Counted from the stretch's first letter, positions 35,316-43,725 are shown. The stretch is 54,761 nucleotides of DNA from an uncultured Gammaproteobacteria bacterium (GCA_964361645.1 CAYIBK010000004.1:1-54761); one strand, 5' to 3'. A program made the numbers and translations. The notes: generated from the letters alone by a model not told the origin.

Positions 35316-35336
35316 ACTAATTTTGTTTGGTTGGCT

Positions 35337-36080
35337 TTAAGCCAGAGCCAGAGCCGGTGGTGCCGTCTGGGCCTGCTGCCAATCTTGCAAATAACTGGGC
35401 TGGGTGCTATCAGACCAGAAACGGTTCATCAGCTCGCCCACCACCGAGAAAACGAATCGCTTGGCGCGCTGTGCCGCTTCTTTCGTCTCGCCCTCAGCAG
35501 GCTGGATACCATAGGCAAAGCAGACTGCTTGCCACTGACCACCGACACCCGAAAAAATCTTGGCTTCGCCGTCCTTTACGGGGCCGGCCACATCGTTGTT
35601 GAAACGCTGAACACGGTAGAACACCCTGCGTCCTCGATGGGACAACAGAATGTCAACCTGCGAGTAGCGCGTTCCATACCCGCGACCGAGGTGAACCGTG
35701 GCCAGGTAACAGAGCACGCCATCCACGCGTTCGGAAACGGCATTGGACTTCTCTGGAAATTCGGGAGTGGCCGGAATCTTGCGTTTGACGCTGTAACTGC
35801 CATCTTGATCAGCAATACCCGCCACCGCCGATTCGACCACAGAAACCACTTGCTCGAAAAACGATTGCTCGTCCAATTCTGGCGCTACAATGTAGCAATA
35901 ATGTTCGTCATCATAGAAAAAGATATTAACGCCATCAATAGTTTCAAGCGCATCAAGCGCCGAATCAACGCAGTCGCCACTTACGACAATTTGATGACTA
36001 CCGGCATAATATTGATCAGTAAAATTGTCTTCATTAAGAGTAAAATCTCGACCAACACGTTCCAATTCCTTCAACGACAT
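35337..36080 (-). CDS. GC-rich orphan protein 1 (247 aa, no recognisable family)
   Basis: GGAGG lies 7 nt before the ATG, with its own promoter and terminator. The protein-like acidic composition contrasts with the Arg-rich junk of the antisense 35331-36110 ORF. Confidence 0.65.
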   Translation of the reverse strand: MSLKELERVGRDFTLNEDNFTDQYYAGSHQIVVSGDCVDSALDALETIDGVNIFFYDDEHYCYIVAPELDEQSFFEQVVSVVESAVAGIADQDGSYSVKRKIPATPEFPEKSNAVSERVDGVLCYLATVHLGRGYGTRYSQVDILLSHRGRRVFYRVQRFNNDVAGPVKDGEAKIFSGVGGQWQAVCFAYGIQPAEGETKEAAQRAKRFVFSVVGELMNRFWSDSTQPSYLQDWQQAQTAPPALALA

Positions 36081-36193
36081 TTTGAAGCCTCCAGTTTTGC
36101 GGTTAAATAACCGCGCCCAAGTTCTAAATAGCGCTACTATGCGCTTTATAGACAGATTAAAGGTACTTTAGAGCCGTACTTGTACGACTTAGT

Positions 36194-36222
36194 ATCTTAT
36201 CATAAATAAGAAATTATGTCAA
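36194..36222 (-). promoter_or_regulatory. sigma70-type promoter of cassette 1
   Basis: Minus strand TTGACA-17 nt-TAAGAT. Confidence 0.5.
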
Positions 36223-36382
36223 TACCTTAATAAAAATATGGCTTATTTTAGGTGTTTTTTTGTTTGATTAATTATTCTACTTATTTATTTAGATAAATAA
36301 TCTTTTATTATTTTTGCCCCACCTGTCTATGTAAATATACCAAATATCTTTTATTACACTTTTTAATATTTATTTCTTTTTT

Positions 36383-36627
36383 AGCCACTTTTGCAAAAGT
36401 GGCGCAAACCTGCCTGCCGGTAGGCAGGACTACGAGCATATAAAAACTTAGGCACTCTAAATATATGGTCATTGCGAGCGAAATGAAATGAAGCGAAGCA
36501 ATCTGATGCGAAGCATCATTCCGAGCAAGGCGAGAGATCTCTTGGTTTTATTACTACGAGATTGCTTCACTGCGTTCGCAATGACGATTGAATTGCTTTG
36601 CGCTTAATCTAAATTTTTCAATTGTCG
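36383..36627. repeat. D-type composite element copy 1: gccacttttgcaaaagtggc hairpin + B palindrome (36409-36428) + left arm + A-type hairpin (36468-36585) + right arm
   Basis: The arms cgagcatataaaaactta... and cgcttaatctaaatttttcaattgtcg are inverted relative to each other. Confidence 0.8.
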
Positions 36628-36656
36628 CCTATTTATTAATATATTTATAAATAAAT

Positions 36657-36838
36657 CTGCCTACCGGCAGGCAGGACTACGAGAGATGAAAAATTTATCA
36701 CCACAAATATATTGTCATTGCGAGCGAAACAAAGTGAAGCGAAGCAATCTCATTTGATATAAACATGGGATTGCTTCACTGCGTTCGCAATGACGATTGA
36801 ATTACTTTCCGCTTAATCTAAATTTTTCATATGCTCGA
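36657..36838. repeat. D-type composite element copy 2: B palindrome (36657-36675) + arm + A-type hairpin (36714-36794) + arm
   Basis: actacgagagatgaaaaattta ... gtcattgcgagcgaaac...cgcaatgac ... ccgcttaatctaaatttttcatatgctcga. Confidence 0.85.
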
Positions 36839-37074
36839 TTTATTTTTTATTTATCAATAAAATTTAATTAACTAACTGCTTGCCTTAAAAAATATTGTGC
36901 TAATTTTATACAACAGTGAGCGTTAAAAGCCAACTCAGGAGCGAAGGGACATTTGTTGGCTTAGCGAACTGTGATAAAATTAGCCATGATTTTTTATAGC
37001 AAGCGACTTTTCTTTTTGTTAGCTTTTTCTTTTCTTAGAAAAGAAAAAGTAAAGTAAACACAAAAAAATACTAT

Positions 37075-37150
37075 GTCGTTGCGAGGAACGAAGCAATCTC
37101 ATTTCTGATTCGATGGGATTGCTTCATTCGCTTCGCTCCTTCGCAATGAC
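37075..37150. repeat. A-type element, near-identical direct copy of 43864-43939
   Basis: About 85 nt including flanks (tactatgtcgttgcgaggaacgaagcaatctcatttctgattcgatgggattgcttcattcgcttcgctccttcgcaatgacaca) differ at 3 positions from the 43.86-kb copy. Confidence 0.9.
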
Positions 37151-37201
37151 ACAAAAAAACAGCATGGAAAATGCTGAATAAAAAGTTCCTATAAATAATT
37201 C

Positions 37202-37231
37202 GAGGGCAGATCAACGTTGTGATCTGCCCTC
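37202..37231 (-). terminator. hairpin terminator of cassette 2
   Basis: GAGGGCAGATC-8 nt-GATCTGCCCTC, an 11-bp perfect stem. A second hairpin, CAGCATTTTCCATGCTG followed by TTTTTTT, lies at about 37160-37185. Confidence 0.55.
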
Positions 37232-37264
37232 TGATGGATGTGTGTGGAGTAGTCCTTTGGTGGA

Positions 37265-38110
37265 CTACACGGTCGCGACTTCCGCCTTCTTGGCCTTCTT
37301 GGCCTTCTTGACGGGCGCCGAGTCCGCGGGCGCTTCTTCCGCCTGGAGCTGGATCTTCAGGGCTTCGAGGCCCGGGAAGGTTTCTCCAATGGTGGACGTC
37401 AACGGAGCAACCGACACGCGATGAACCGATGCCCTCAGACCCTGGCGACGGAGCTGGTTCTGCGCCAAATCGATCAGCGGACGAACCATGGCGTACAGGA
37501 AGCGTTCGTTGATGTTCAACTCTTGCGCCGCCTTTTCGCCGCCTTCGACTACCTTCGTGATCGGCTTTTCGACTTCCGATTTGGACTCGGCGTCGAAAGA
37601 CTTCTTCACGAAGGGGCGGTATACTAGCTGGCCAAGCTCGTTGGGGTACTGGCCGAAGAGCGTCGCGTAATACATGGTCTTGTCACCATCCGCGACCACC
37701 TTCACTAGCCAGAAGCTCGGGCGTACGAACTTGTACTTGTACCGGCCATCCTGCTGTTCCGATTGCGTTCGAAACGGCAAGCCGTTGGCCGAACACACAA
37801 CCCGGAACGCCGATCCCGATGCGTCAAGTATGGGTTCGGTCTGCATTTCGCTCACCGGAACGGAGAGCGCCAAGCAGTAACGAAGCTTTGATTTCTCGAG
37901 GACCGCCTGGAAATCGGTCAAGCCGTCGAGTGCTTCGTCATCAACCGCTGCGAACGTCGCAAAGCGGTTTCCTTCGAAAGTCTTGAGTTCGCCGGGGGCG
38001 TCAATCGCCGCCAACAACTCTTCTGCCTTCGAGACATCTTCGTTCATCACGGCGATGCCTGCGAGAGCGTTGTTGCGGATTTCTTGTGCGTTGCCTGATT
38101 GGGTCTTCAT
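37265..38110 (-). CDS. GC-rich orphan protein 2 (281 aa) with Lys/Ala-rich C-terminal tail
   Basis: GGGAGA lies before the ATG. The tail APADSAPVKKAKKAKKAEVATV resembles histone-H1-like nucleic-acid-binding tails. No family recognised. Confidence 0.7.
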   Translation of the reverse strand: MKTQSGNAQEIRNNALAGIAVMNEDVSKAEELLAAIDAPGELKTFEGNRFATFAAVDDEALDGLTDFQAVLEKSKLRYCLALSVPVSEMQTEPILDASGSAFRVVCSANGLPFRTQSEQQDGRYKYKFVRPSFWLVKVVADGDKTMYYATLFGQYPNELGQLVYRPFVKKSFDAESKSEVEKPITKVVEGGEKAAQELNINERFLYAMVRPLIDLAQNQLRRQGLRASVHRVSVAPLTSTIGETFPGLEALKIQLQAEEAPADSAPVKKAKKAKKAEVATV

Positions 38111-38211
38111 TCTTGAATCTCCCTGAATTGTGACCTTGGTTTTATTCCCTTGGTCTCTCCAATGTGCGCCCTCGCCAATTGTGGTTCGGGCTTCGCGTTA
38201 TGCGATATCTA

Positions 38212-38241
38212 CACTATAGCACACCTATCAAATTTTGTCAA
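38212..38241 (-). promoter_or_regulatory. sigma70-type promoter of cassette 2
   Basis: Minus strand TTGACA-17 nt-TATAGT, about 95 nt upstream of the ATG. Confidence 0.55.
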
Positions 38242-38439
38242 GGGGTAATAGTGGATAATTATTGTTTTTTGGCTAATTTTAGGTATTTTTATGCTAATTT
38301 ATTAATAAATCATTTTGATAAATTTGTTTATTAGTAAACTACTATGCCCCTACGGATATAGCATTTTAGAACAGACAAATATTTTGTTTCTGTCATCCCG
38401 CACGAAGTGAAACGCAGATGCTAGATCCACATCGGCAAA

Positions 38440-38556
38440 CCCCCTCTAACTCCCCCTTGGAAAGGGGGAGAACATTTCCCCCCTCCTGCCAGAGCCTGCC
38501 TGACATGCCTACGGCAGACAAGCCGGTAGGCAGGGAGGGGGTGGGGGTGGTGGGAG
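38440..38556. repeat. C-type repeat carrying the 40-bp expanded B palindrome (38495-38534)
   Basis: cccctctaactcccccttggaaaggggga ... cctgcctgacatgcctacggcagacaagccggtaggcagg gagggggtgggggtggtgggag. The 40-mer differs at 1 nt from 25029-25068. Confidence 0.85.
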
Positions 38557-38599
38557 TATTCTTCCTTTTGTCATCTCCGACCTGATCGGGGGACACACC

Positions 38600-38681
38600 G
38601 TCATTGCGAGGAGTCCTCGTGAAGACGGGGAAGCAATCTTATTTGAGATAAACATGGGATTGCTTCGTGCCTCGCAATGAC
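38600..38681. repeat. A-type element (left half identical to 52546-52595)
   Basis: gtcattgcgaggagtcctcgtgaagacggggaagcaatcttatttga... Confidence 0.9.
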
Positions 38682-38824
38682 AAACACATCATAGTATTTA
38701 GTGGATAAAATAATAGCTAAATTTTGTAGATGATTGTATAATATGATTAAGATACATTAAAAAGATAAATTTTTATCTAGACATCTCTCCTAGATGCCAA
38801 TTTAAATAATCATATTATTAAATT

Positions 38825-39919
38825 ATGTTTAAAAAAATGAAGCAAGCAACTAAGCTTAAGGTGAAAGATCGCACCGTAGTTTTAACGGTTGGTGCTGTAA
38901 TCATTATTGGTGTCTCTATGGTTATCGCCTCACTTTTACCCTCATCCGGTTTGGGAAATTTTTCTGCTAAGAATATTAGTGGTGGTAGTTGTGTAGGGCC
39001 AGATTGTGGTTACTGTGTATACAATTATGATCTCCTTGGACATGTTAGTAAAAAACTTTCAACACTTGCAGAGTGTCAAATCGAGGGAATTATTCCTGAT
39101 ATGTATGGCAGCACCGGCAGTGGTTGGTATGCCTTCTGCCCAGGAATGAGCAGAGCAGATGGTGATGCCGGAAAATGTAATTGTAGTGCAGGAATTAGTG
39201 AAAAGAGTCCTCGTTTAACGAACGGTATAGATCGAGATGGCAAGATTGAATCGCTTAATAATGGCGATCTTCTACTACAAAATGATCAAGATGGTATTGA
39301 TGATCTGATTGATATTGGCGCGGCCACATCGCTTCGTTGTGAATGCGGTGTTCTAGCAAGTGATTGGGGAGGAGCGGTGCTTAATAATGGAAAACCGGTT
39401 TTGATTCCAGGCGTGAATGCACCATTATATGAATTCACGGGTGTGAGTGGTCAGCAGAAATTGATTCAGGAATGGGCCAAGTTGTTGACTAAAATGACAA
39501 TATTCCAGCCAAATGATTTTCTTAGTTGTAAAAACACTTGGCCGGCGGGGTGTAGTGTCACCAGAAGTTATGATGAGGGTGGTCGTAGTAAATGTAAGAA
39601 TGGTTCAACTCCCCTTAGTCCACATGGGCGTGGTTTAGCAATTGATATTACATGTAAAGAACTGGTATCAAGTAGTGGGGGTTGTACTGGTACCCAAACA
39701 GCAGACCTATTAAAGGCCATCAAGGCAGCTGGCTCGAAATTTAATATCATTCAAGAGTGTAGCACAGCACAACAAGCATGTAATGGAACTTCTGGGGGAA
39801 ACCAATTGATTCACCTTGATTTAGTTGGCCCAAATGATGGATGTCCACGTGGCGGTGATGGCACTAAACCATGCATGTATACAAATTGTGATTTCGTTTG
39901 CGAATCAACAACACCATAA
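38825..39919 (+). CDS. membrane-anchored Cys-rich exoprotein with C-terminal LAS/peptidase-M15-like domain (probable cell-wall hydrolase)
   Basis: The N-terminal TM is VVLTVGAVIIIGVSMVIASLL, and there are more than 25 Cys. SPHGRGLAIDI fits the SxHxxGxAxD zinc motif and LIHLDL fits the distal H-x-D motif of M15A/YcbK-type enzymes. Confidence 0.6.
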   Translation: MFKKMKQATKLKVKDRTVVLTVGAVIIIGVSMVIASLLPSSGLGNFSAKNISGGSCVGPDCGYCVYNYDLLGHVSKKLSTLAECQIEGIIPDMYGSTGSGWYAFCPGMSRADGDAGKCNCSAGISEKSPRLTNGIDRDGKIESLNNGDLLLQNDQDGIDDLIDIGAATSLRCECGVLASDWGGAVLNNGKPVLIPGVNAPLYEFTGVSGQQKLIQEWAKLLTKMTIFQPNDFLSCKNTWPAGCSVTRSYDEGGRSKCKNGSTPLSPHGRGLAIDITCKELVSSSGGCTGTQTADLLKAIKAAGSKFNIIQECSTAQQACNGTSGGNQLIHLDLVGPNDGCPRGGDGTKPCMYTNCDFVCESTTP

Positions 39920-39938
39920 TAATTAAACAAAGTGAAGA

Positions 39939-39970
39939 CCCCAGAGCAATGTGCTCTGGGGCCGTTTTGT
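39939..39970. terminator. bidirectional hairpin terminator between convergent genes
   Basis: CCCCAGAGCA-atg-TGCTCTGGGG, a 10-bp perfect stem, followed by CCGTTTTGTGTG. Confidence 0.65.
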
Positions 39971-39977
39971 GTGAAGG

Positions 39978-40643
39978 TTATTTTTCTTTCGAAGCAATCG
40001 GTGTCGCTTCCGAGGTGATGATGGCATCGCTGATGACGCCGACATCCGTGAGTGCCTGAAGGCGATCCTTGACAGTACCGCCCTCTCCGAGCCGAAGTCT
40101 AATGAACCATGCTTTATTGACTTGACAAGCTTGCTGCCAGTCTTCATCGCTGGGCCCATATCTCACGGAGATATAGTAAATCCTAAGTGATTCCCAGTCT
40201 TCCGCGACTTCGAATATTGTTGATAGCTCATAGATACCGACTGCAGGAGAATTGAAAGCGATACTGACAACTCCGTCCGATCCTTTCCAGGCGGCCCAAA
40301 CTGCTTTGGTTTTTTTAACTATTTCGGGCTTGGTCATCTTTTCATCTTGGATGACCTTCTCCAGACCTTTGACATCGGGACGGATTGGATACGAGTCCGA
40401 ACACTCCCCAGTCTTCGGATTTGGATTTCCGACACCGCACCGTGTCTTGCTGGGCCGGTTCGTGGCCAGCAAATTGGCAGTGCCGAAACCAAGAAATTCT
40501 ACAGTGTCGTTTTTCTCTTTGGCCACCTGACAAGCAGCCTTGATCTGGACGATGAACTGTTCATCGCTGATCGGTTCGGGTGTGGGTTCGTCGGCAAAGA
40601 CGGAAAGACTTAACACTATCGCAAGAAACGCTATACGGAACAT
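39978..40643 (-). CDS. GC-rich orphan secreted protein 3 (221 aa)
   Basis: Signal peptide MFRIAFLAIVLSLSVFA|DEP. AAGGAGG lies before the ATG. No family recognised. Confidence 0.7.
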   Translation of the reverse strand: MFRIAFLAIVLSLSVFADEPTPEPISDEQFIVQIKAACQVAKEKNDTVEFLGFGTANLLATNRPSKTRCGVGNPNPKTGECSDSYPIRPDVKGLEKVIQDEKMTKPEIVKKTKAVWAAWKGSDGVVSIAFNSPAVGIYELSTIFEVAEDWESLRIYYISVRYGPSDEDWQQACQVNKAWFIRLRLGEGGTVKDRLQALTDVGVISDAIITSEATPIASKEK

Positions 40644-40739
40644 TGCTGTTCCTCCTTATACATTTATGGCTCTAAACCTCGGTTACAACTGGCAACCGGA
40701 GTTTTTGAGACGCACTTCAAAGAACAATTCAATAATTTT

Positions 40740-40768
40740 ATTATACTACATATTAGTTTTTTTGTCAA
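40740..40768 (-). promoter_or_regulatory. consensus sigma70 promoter of cassette 3
   Basis: Minus strand TTGACA-17 nt-TATAAT. Confidence 0.6.
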
Positions 40769-40986
40769 GACCAATGGATATAAGTGCTAAAAATGGTCTA
40801 ATTATACTGTTTATTTAGGTAATTTTATAATATTAGAGATAAAAGTTTAAGATAATCTTTTATTAAAGAATCTTTATTTTTAAAGCGAAATCTTGACAAC
40901 CCGAGCCCACAAGCCACGGCTTTTAGGCCGTGGATACGGCCGCCCCGTAGCCCTGAGCCAGAGGCGAAGGGCGAAGGGCTATTTAT

Positions 40987-41162
40987 CTTGGTTCTTTTGA
41001 TTTTGAATGGTAGAATGTTGAAATATGAAATATGATAAGATTTTCCCTTGGAAGAGTTCTTGTGGGGAGATAGTTTTTGGCAGGATGGATATTTCATTGA
41101 GACAATCGGCAGAATAGATGAGAGAAAGATGAGAGAATATATTCAAAATCAAAAGAACCAAG
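40987..41162. repeat. perfect 22-bp inverted repeat pair (40987-41008 and 41141-41162) around the transposase remnant
   Basis: cttggttcttttgattttgaat and attcaaaatcaaaagaaccaag. A GC-rich hairpin, ccacggcttttaggccgtgg, lies at about 40915-40935. Confidence 0.85.
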
Positions 41163-41191
41163 AGCCTGATTCGTCAAGCTCCGGCCTTTAG
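41039..41191 (+). pseudogene. C-terminal remnant of an IS200/IS605-type Y1 transposase (TnpA) or RAYT
   Basis: Translates to DFPLEEFLWGDSFWQDGYFIETIGRIDERKMREYIQNQKNQE, which matches by eye the conserved C-terminus (FP.L....W...FW..GYF..T.G.......YI.NQ). It is preceded by in-frame stops, so only about 45 codons survive. Confidence 0.55.
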
Positions 41192-41198
41192 GGAGAGG

Positions 41199-41227
41199 TT
41201 GACAAATAATTATTTTTAGTGTATATT
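41199..41227 (+). promoter_or_regulatory. sigma70-type promoter of cassette 4
   Basis: TTGACA-17 nt-TATATT; GGAGGAG lies 8 nt before the ATG. Confidence 0.55.
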
Positions 41228-41284
41228 AATTAGTAATTTACAATCAATGTAAATGTCAACCAAAAAAGATGGAGGAGTAAAACA

Positions 41285-41650
41285 ATGCGTTCTTTGATTA
41301 TTCTGGGATTATGCTTTATGGCGGTTGGTTGCACCACAATGCGGCACACAGCACTAATACTGCCACCATATGACGACCCAATCCTGCAAGCGGCATACGC
41401 TCGTTGGGAAAAGATTGATGCTTCGCAACCGACAAAGTTTCAAGCGCGTTTGCTGGAATTGTACGACATTGATCTTAAGAACAAGACAGATCAACAATTC
41501 GTCAAAAGTTTCCTCTGGATCAATGCCCATCAGCTTTCGGCCAAGGACAAGATATTTTTAATGTCCGAATCTATAATTATGACCGGCACCAACGACGCCG
41601 TCTATGATCGCCGCGTTAGCGCCAGCGTAAAACAAAACACCAAGTGGTAA
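41285..41650 (+). CDS. GC-rich orphan lipoprotein 4 (121 aa)
   Basis: Lipobox MRSLIILGLCFMAVG|C. No family recognised. Confidence 0.7.
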   Translation: MRSLIILGLCFMAVGCTTMRHTALILPPYDDPILQAAYARWEKIDASQPTKFQARLLELYDIDLKNKTDQQFVKSFLWINAHQLSAKDKIFLMSESIIMTGTNDAVYDRRVSASVKQNTKW

Positions 41651-41675
41651 TCACTTGGTGTCTTTTTATTTTTTT
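41637..41675 (+). terminator. rho-independent terminator of cassette 4
   Basis: ACACCAAGTG-gtaat-CACTTGGTGT followed by CTTTTTATTTTTTT. The stop codon lies in the loop. Confidence 0.8.
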
Positions 41676-41702
41676 AAATTTATTTTAACACTACTTCCGC
41701 AC

Positions 41703-42449
41703 CTATTTCGTACCTTTAAACTTACAACATCGGTATTTACCCCCACCCGATCCACCACATTTCAATTCTCCTCCTATATTTTTTCCCGTAGCGTCTTCTA
41801 TCTCGTGTCCTCCGATGCTCACATCATCACATCGTTTGGGTGAATCAAATTGACCCCCTACAAGAGTGCATCCGAAAGTGTATTGATCGTAATATGGCGG
41901 ATCTGCAAGAGGATGAAAATCGCCTAGCGATGGTAGTAAATTATCACATTCAGTAGTGGCGGCACTTCTGCAGATGCCGACTTCTTTTGAGGCATTAAAT
42001 TCATTCTGCTGTATTTTATCAATCCATGCTCCTCTTCTACATAAAAATAAATCCTTGGTCGCTTTGCAATCGTCATTACTATTACAGCTACAACTTTTTT
42101 GGGGAGTACAAATGTCCCCTGGGTAGGTTTCTCCTAGTAGCGGGTAGTTCTGACAATTCTGGTTTGAAAGGCACTGCACACATTTACCTAGTCCTTTGTC
42201 ATCAGCGGTACAATATAAACCTCCGTCAATTATTAAGCTACATTCGGGATGTGTACCATCGGGGTTAAGTGTTTTTTTCAAATCACATTCTCCTATTCCT
42301 GCTTTCCACTTGGCATTGGAAAATTTACCACTGCCAATGGTTGGAATTAAGGTGGCAATCGAGGCCGATACGCCAATGGCCACCGCAATTAATACAATAG
42401 CCACCGCCACCCGGGTATTTACCTTGGTTTTTATAAAATTTTTGGACAT
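41703..42449 (-). CDS. membrane-anchored Cys-rich exoprotein (248 aa)
   Basis: The N-terminus VAVAIVLIAVAIGVSASIATLIPTIGSGKFSNAK parallels that of 38825-39919 (VSMVIASLLPSSGLGNFSAK). It has roughly 24 Cys and ends in KCGGSGGGKYRCCKFKGTK. Confidence 0.7.
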   Translation of the reverse strand: MSKNFIKTKVNTRVAVAIVLIAVAIGVSASIATLIPTIGSGKFSNAKWKAGIGECDLKKTLNPDGTHPECSLIIDGGLYCTADDKGLGKCVQCLSNQNCQNYPLLGETYPGDICTPQKSCSCNSNDDCKATKDLFLCRRGAWIDKIQQNEFNASKEVGICRSAATTECDNLLPSLGDFHPLADPPYYDQYTFGCTLVGGQFDSPKRCDDVSIGGHEIEDATGKNIGGELKCGGSGGGKYRCCKFKGTK

Positions 42450-42491
42450 ATATTTAAAATAGCTATTAGCACCTCGTACTGTAATTATATT

Positions 42492-43247
42492 CTATTTACT
42501 ACCATTATTCAATGAATGGTGGTGGAAAATAGGAATGGTCATAATAACGATACTGGCGATAGCAATCATTCCCACCGTCAGCCCCAACCAATTAAGTGGC
42601 CACGGCCCATTAAAGATGGTTGAACCGCACGATTGAAAAACACAATTGACATTTTCTGTTGATCTGGTAAAAAATCTAATAATGCCGTAGAGTAACGCCA
42701 TTTGAATAGCACTGATTACCCAAAATGTTTTTTGGTTAAGTTTAATCATAAAGAGCAACAGTAAGCCGAGTGGGATTAAAAAGAAGTGTTCCAAGCTGAT
42801 GAATCGTGCCGCCGGCAACATCTCGCCAAAAAAATAATCGGTTAGACCCCACAATTTTTGGCCAAAAATTATTTGGTAAAAAAAATCAATATTCCAAACA
42901 GCTAATGGCATAAAAACAATTGCTACTTGGCTAGCAATAAGCGAGGGTAGGCGGAGTAATGCGCCAAAACCGATTAACACCATAGCCACATAGCAGATCC
43001 AAAAAGCCCACTCGGGCTTCTCGCGCCAAATAGCGTAATCTATGGCGAAGGCGCCAAAGAAAATAAAAAATAAGCCCAGTGAGATTATGATAATATTTTT
43101 TATTCGTTCTCGTTGCATATTATTAGTGTACAAAATGATAAGGAAATTGGCAATGAATAATTTAGACGCTAGTTTATTTACTCGAGCATTGTTTATATAT
43201 TTATATATAAACACCTGCAGCCTTGAAATAATTTTGTTACAAAACAA
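42492..43247 (-). CDS. polytopic membrane protein, unknown function
   Basis: Six or so hydrophobic helices. The probable true start is MQRERIKN at 43118, because the upstream part of the ORF overlaps a repeat. Confidence 0.6.
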   Translation of the reverse strand: MFCNKIISRLQVFIYKYINNARVNKLASKLFIANFLIILYTNNMQRERIKNIIIISLGLFFIFFGAFAIDYAIWREKPEWAFWICYVAMVLIGFGALLRLPSLIASQVAIVFMPLAVWNIDFFYQIIFGQKLWGLTDYFFGEMLPAARFISLEHFFLIPLGLLLLFMIKLNQKTFWVISAIQMALLYGIIRFFTRSTENVNCVFQSCGSTIFNGPWPLNWLGLTVGMIAIASIVIMTIPIFHHHSLNNGSK

Positions 43248-43316
43248 GCCTACCTACTAGCAGGTAGGGAATTTTACTTGCTCGCCTGTTTTATTAATAC
43301 AATTTATAAAAAACAA

Positions 43317-43498
43317 CTCGAGTATATGAAAATTTGGATTAAACGGAAAGTAATTTAATTGTCATTGCGAGGAGATCTCTCGTAAACTCGGGACAGGCTC
43401 CGCAATCCCATGTTTATATCAAATGAGATTGCTTCGCTTCATTTCATTCCGCTCGCAATGACAATATATTTAGAACGCTAAATTTTTCATATGCTCGA
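43317..43498. repeat. D-type composite element copy 3 (arms + A-type hairpin 43361-43462)
   Basis: ctcgagtatatgaaaatttggattaaacggaaagtaatt ... gtcattgcgaggagatctctcgtaaactcgggacaggctccgcaatccc ... gaacgctaaatttttcatatgctcga. A B-like palindrome lies at 43249-43268. Confidence 0.85.
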
Positions 43499-43705
43499 TA
43501 TTAATTTATAAATAAAATAATGCCAGCATAATAACCGAGCTGTTATAAAATCAGGTTGAAGACGAATGCTGGCGAGCGTCTGGCGAAGCCAAATTTCGTC
43601 TGTTTGAAACATTTGCCTACTTTATTAAAATAAAAGGCAAATGTTGAGTTGAGAAATTAATGAGCCTGAAACTTGATTTTATCGGCGAGGGAATTCGCTG
43701 GCGAG

Positions 43706-43725
43706 CCTGCCTGCCGGCAGGCAGG
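43706..43725. repeat. B-type perfect palindrome
   Basis: cctgcctgccggcaggcagg. Confidence 0.9.

Noticed and set aside
35331-36110. 259-aa plus-strand ORF antisense to GC-rich cassette 1
   Set aside because: High GC generates long antisense frames. The product is Arg/Leu-rich low-complexity. It starts at a non-ATG codon without an SD, whereas the minus-strand ORF has promoter, GGAGG and terminator. The same reasoning rejects 35327-35602, 35576-35815, 37242-37880 (several ORFs), 40252-40613 and 41370-41561.
35287-41675. GC-rich segments as assembly chimera or contaminant contig pieces
   Set aside because: Each GC-rich gene is separated from the next by AT-rich DNA carrying the same A/B/C/D repeats found throughout the rest of the window. 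Four independent chimeric joins in 6 kb are unlikely. This cannot be fully excluded without read mapping.
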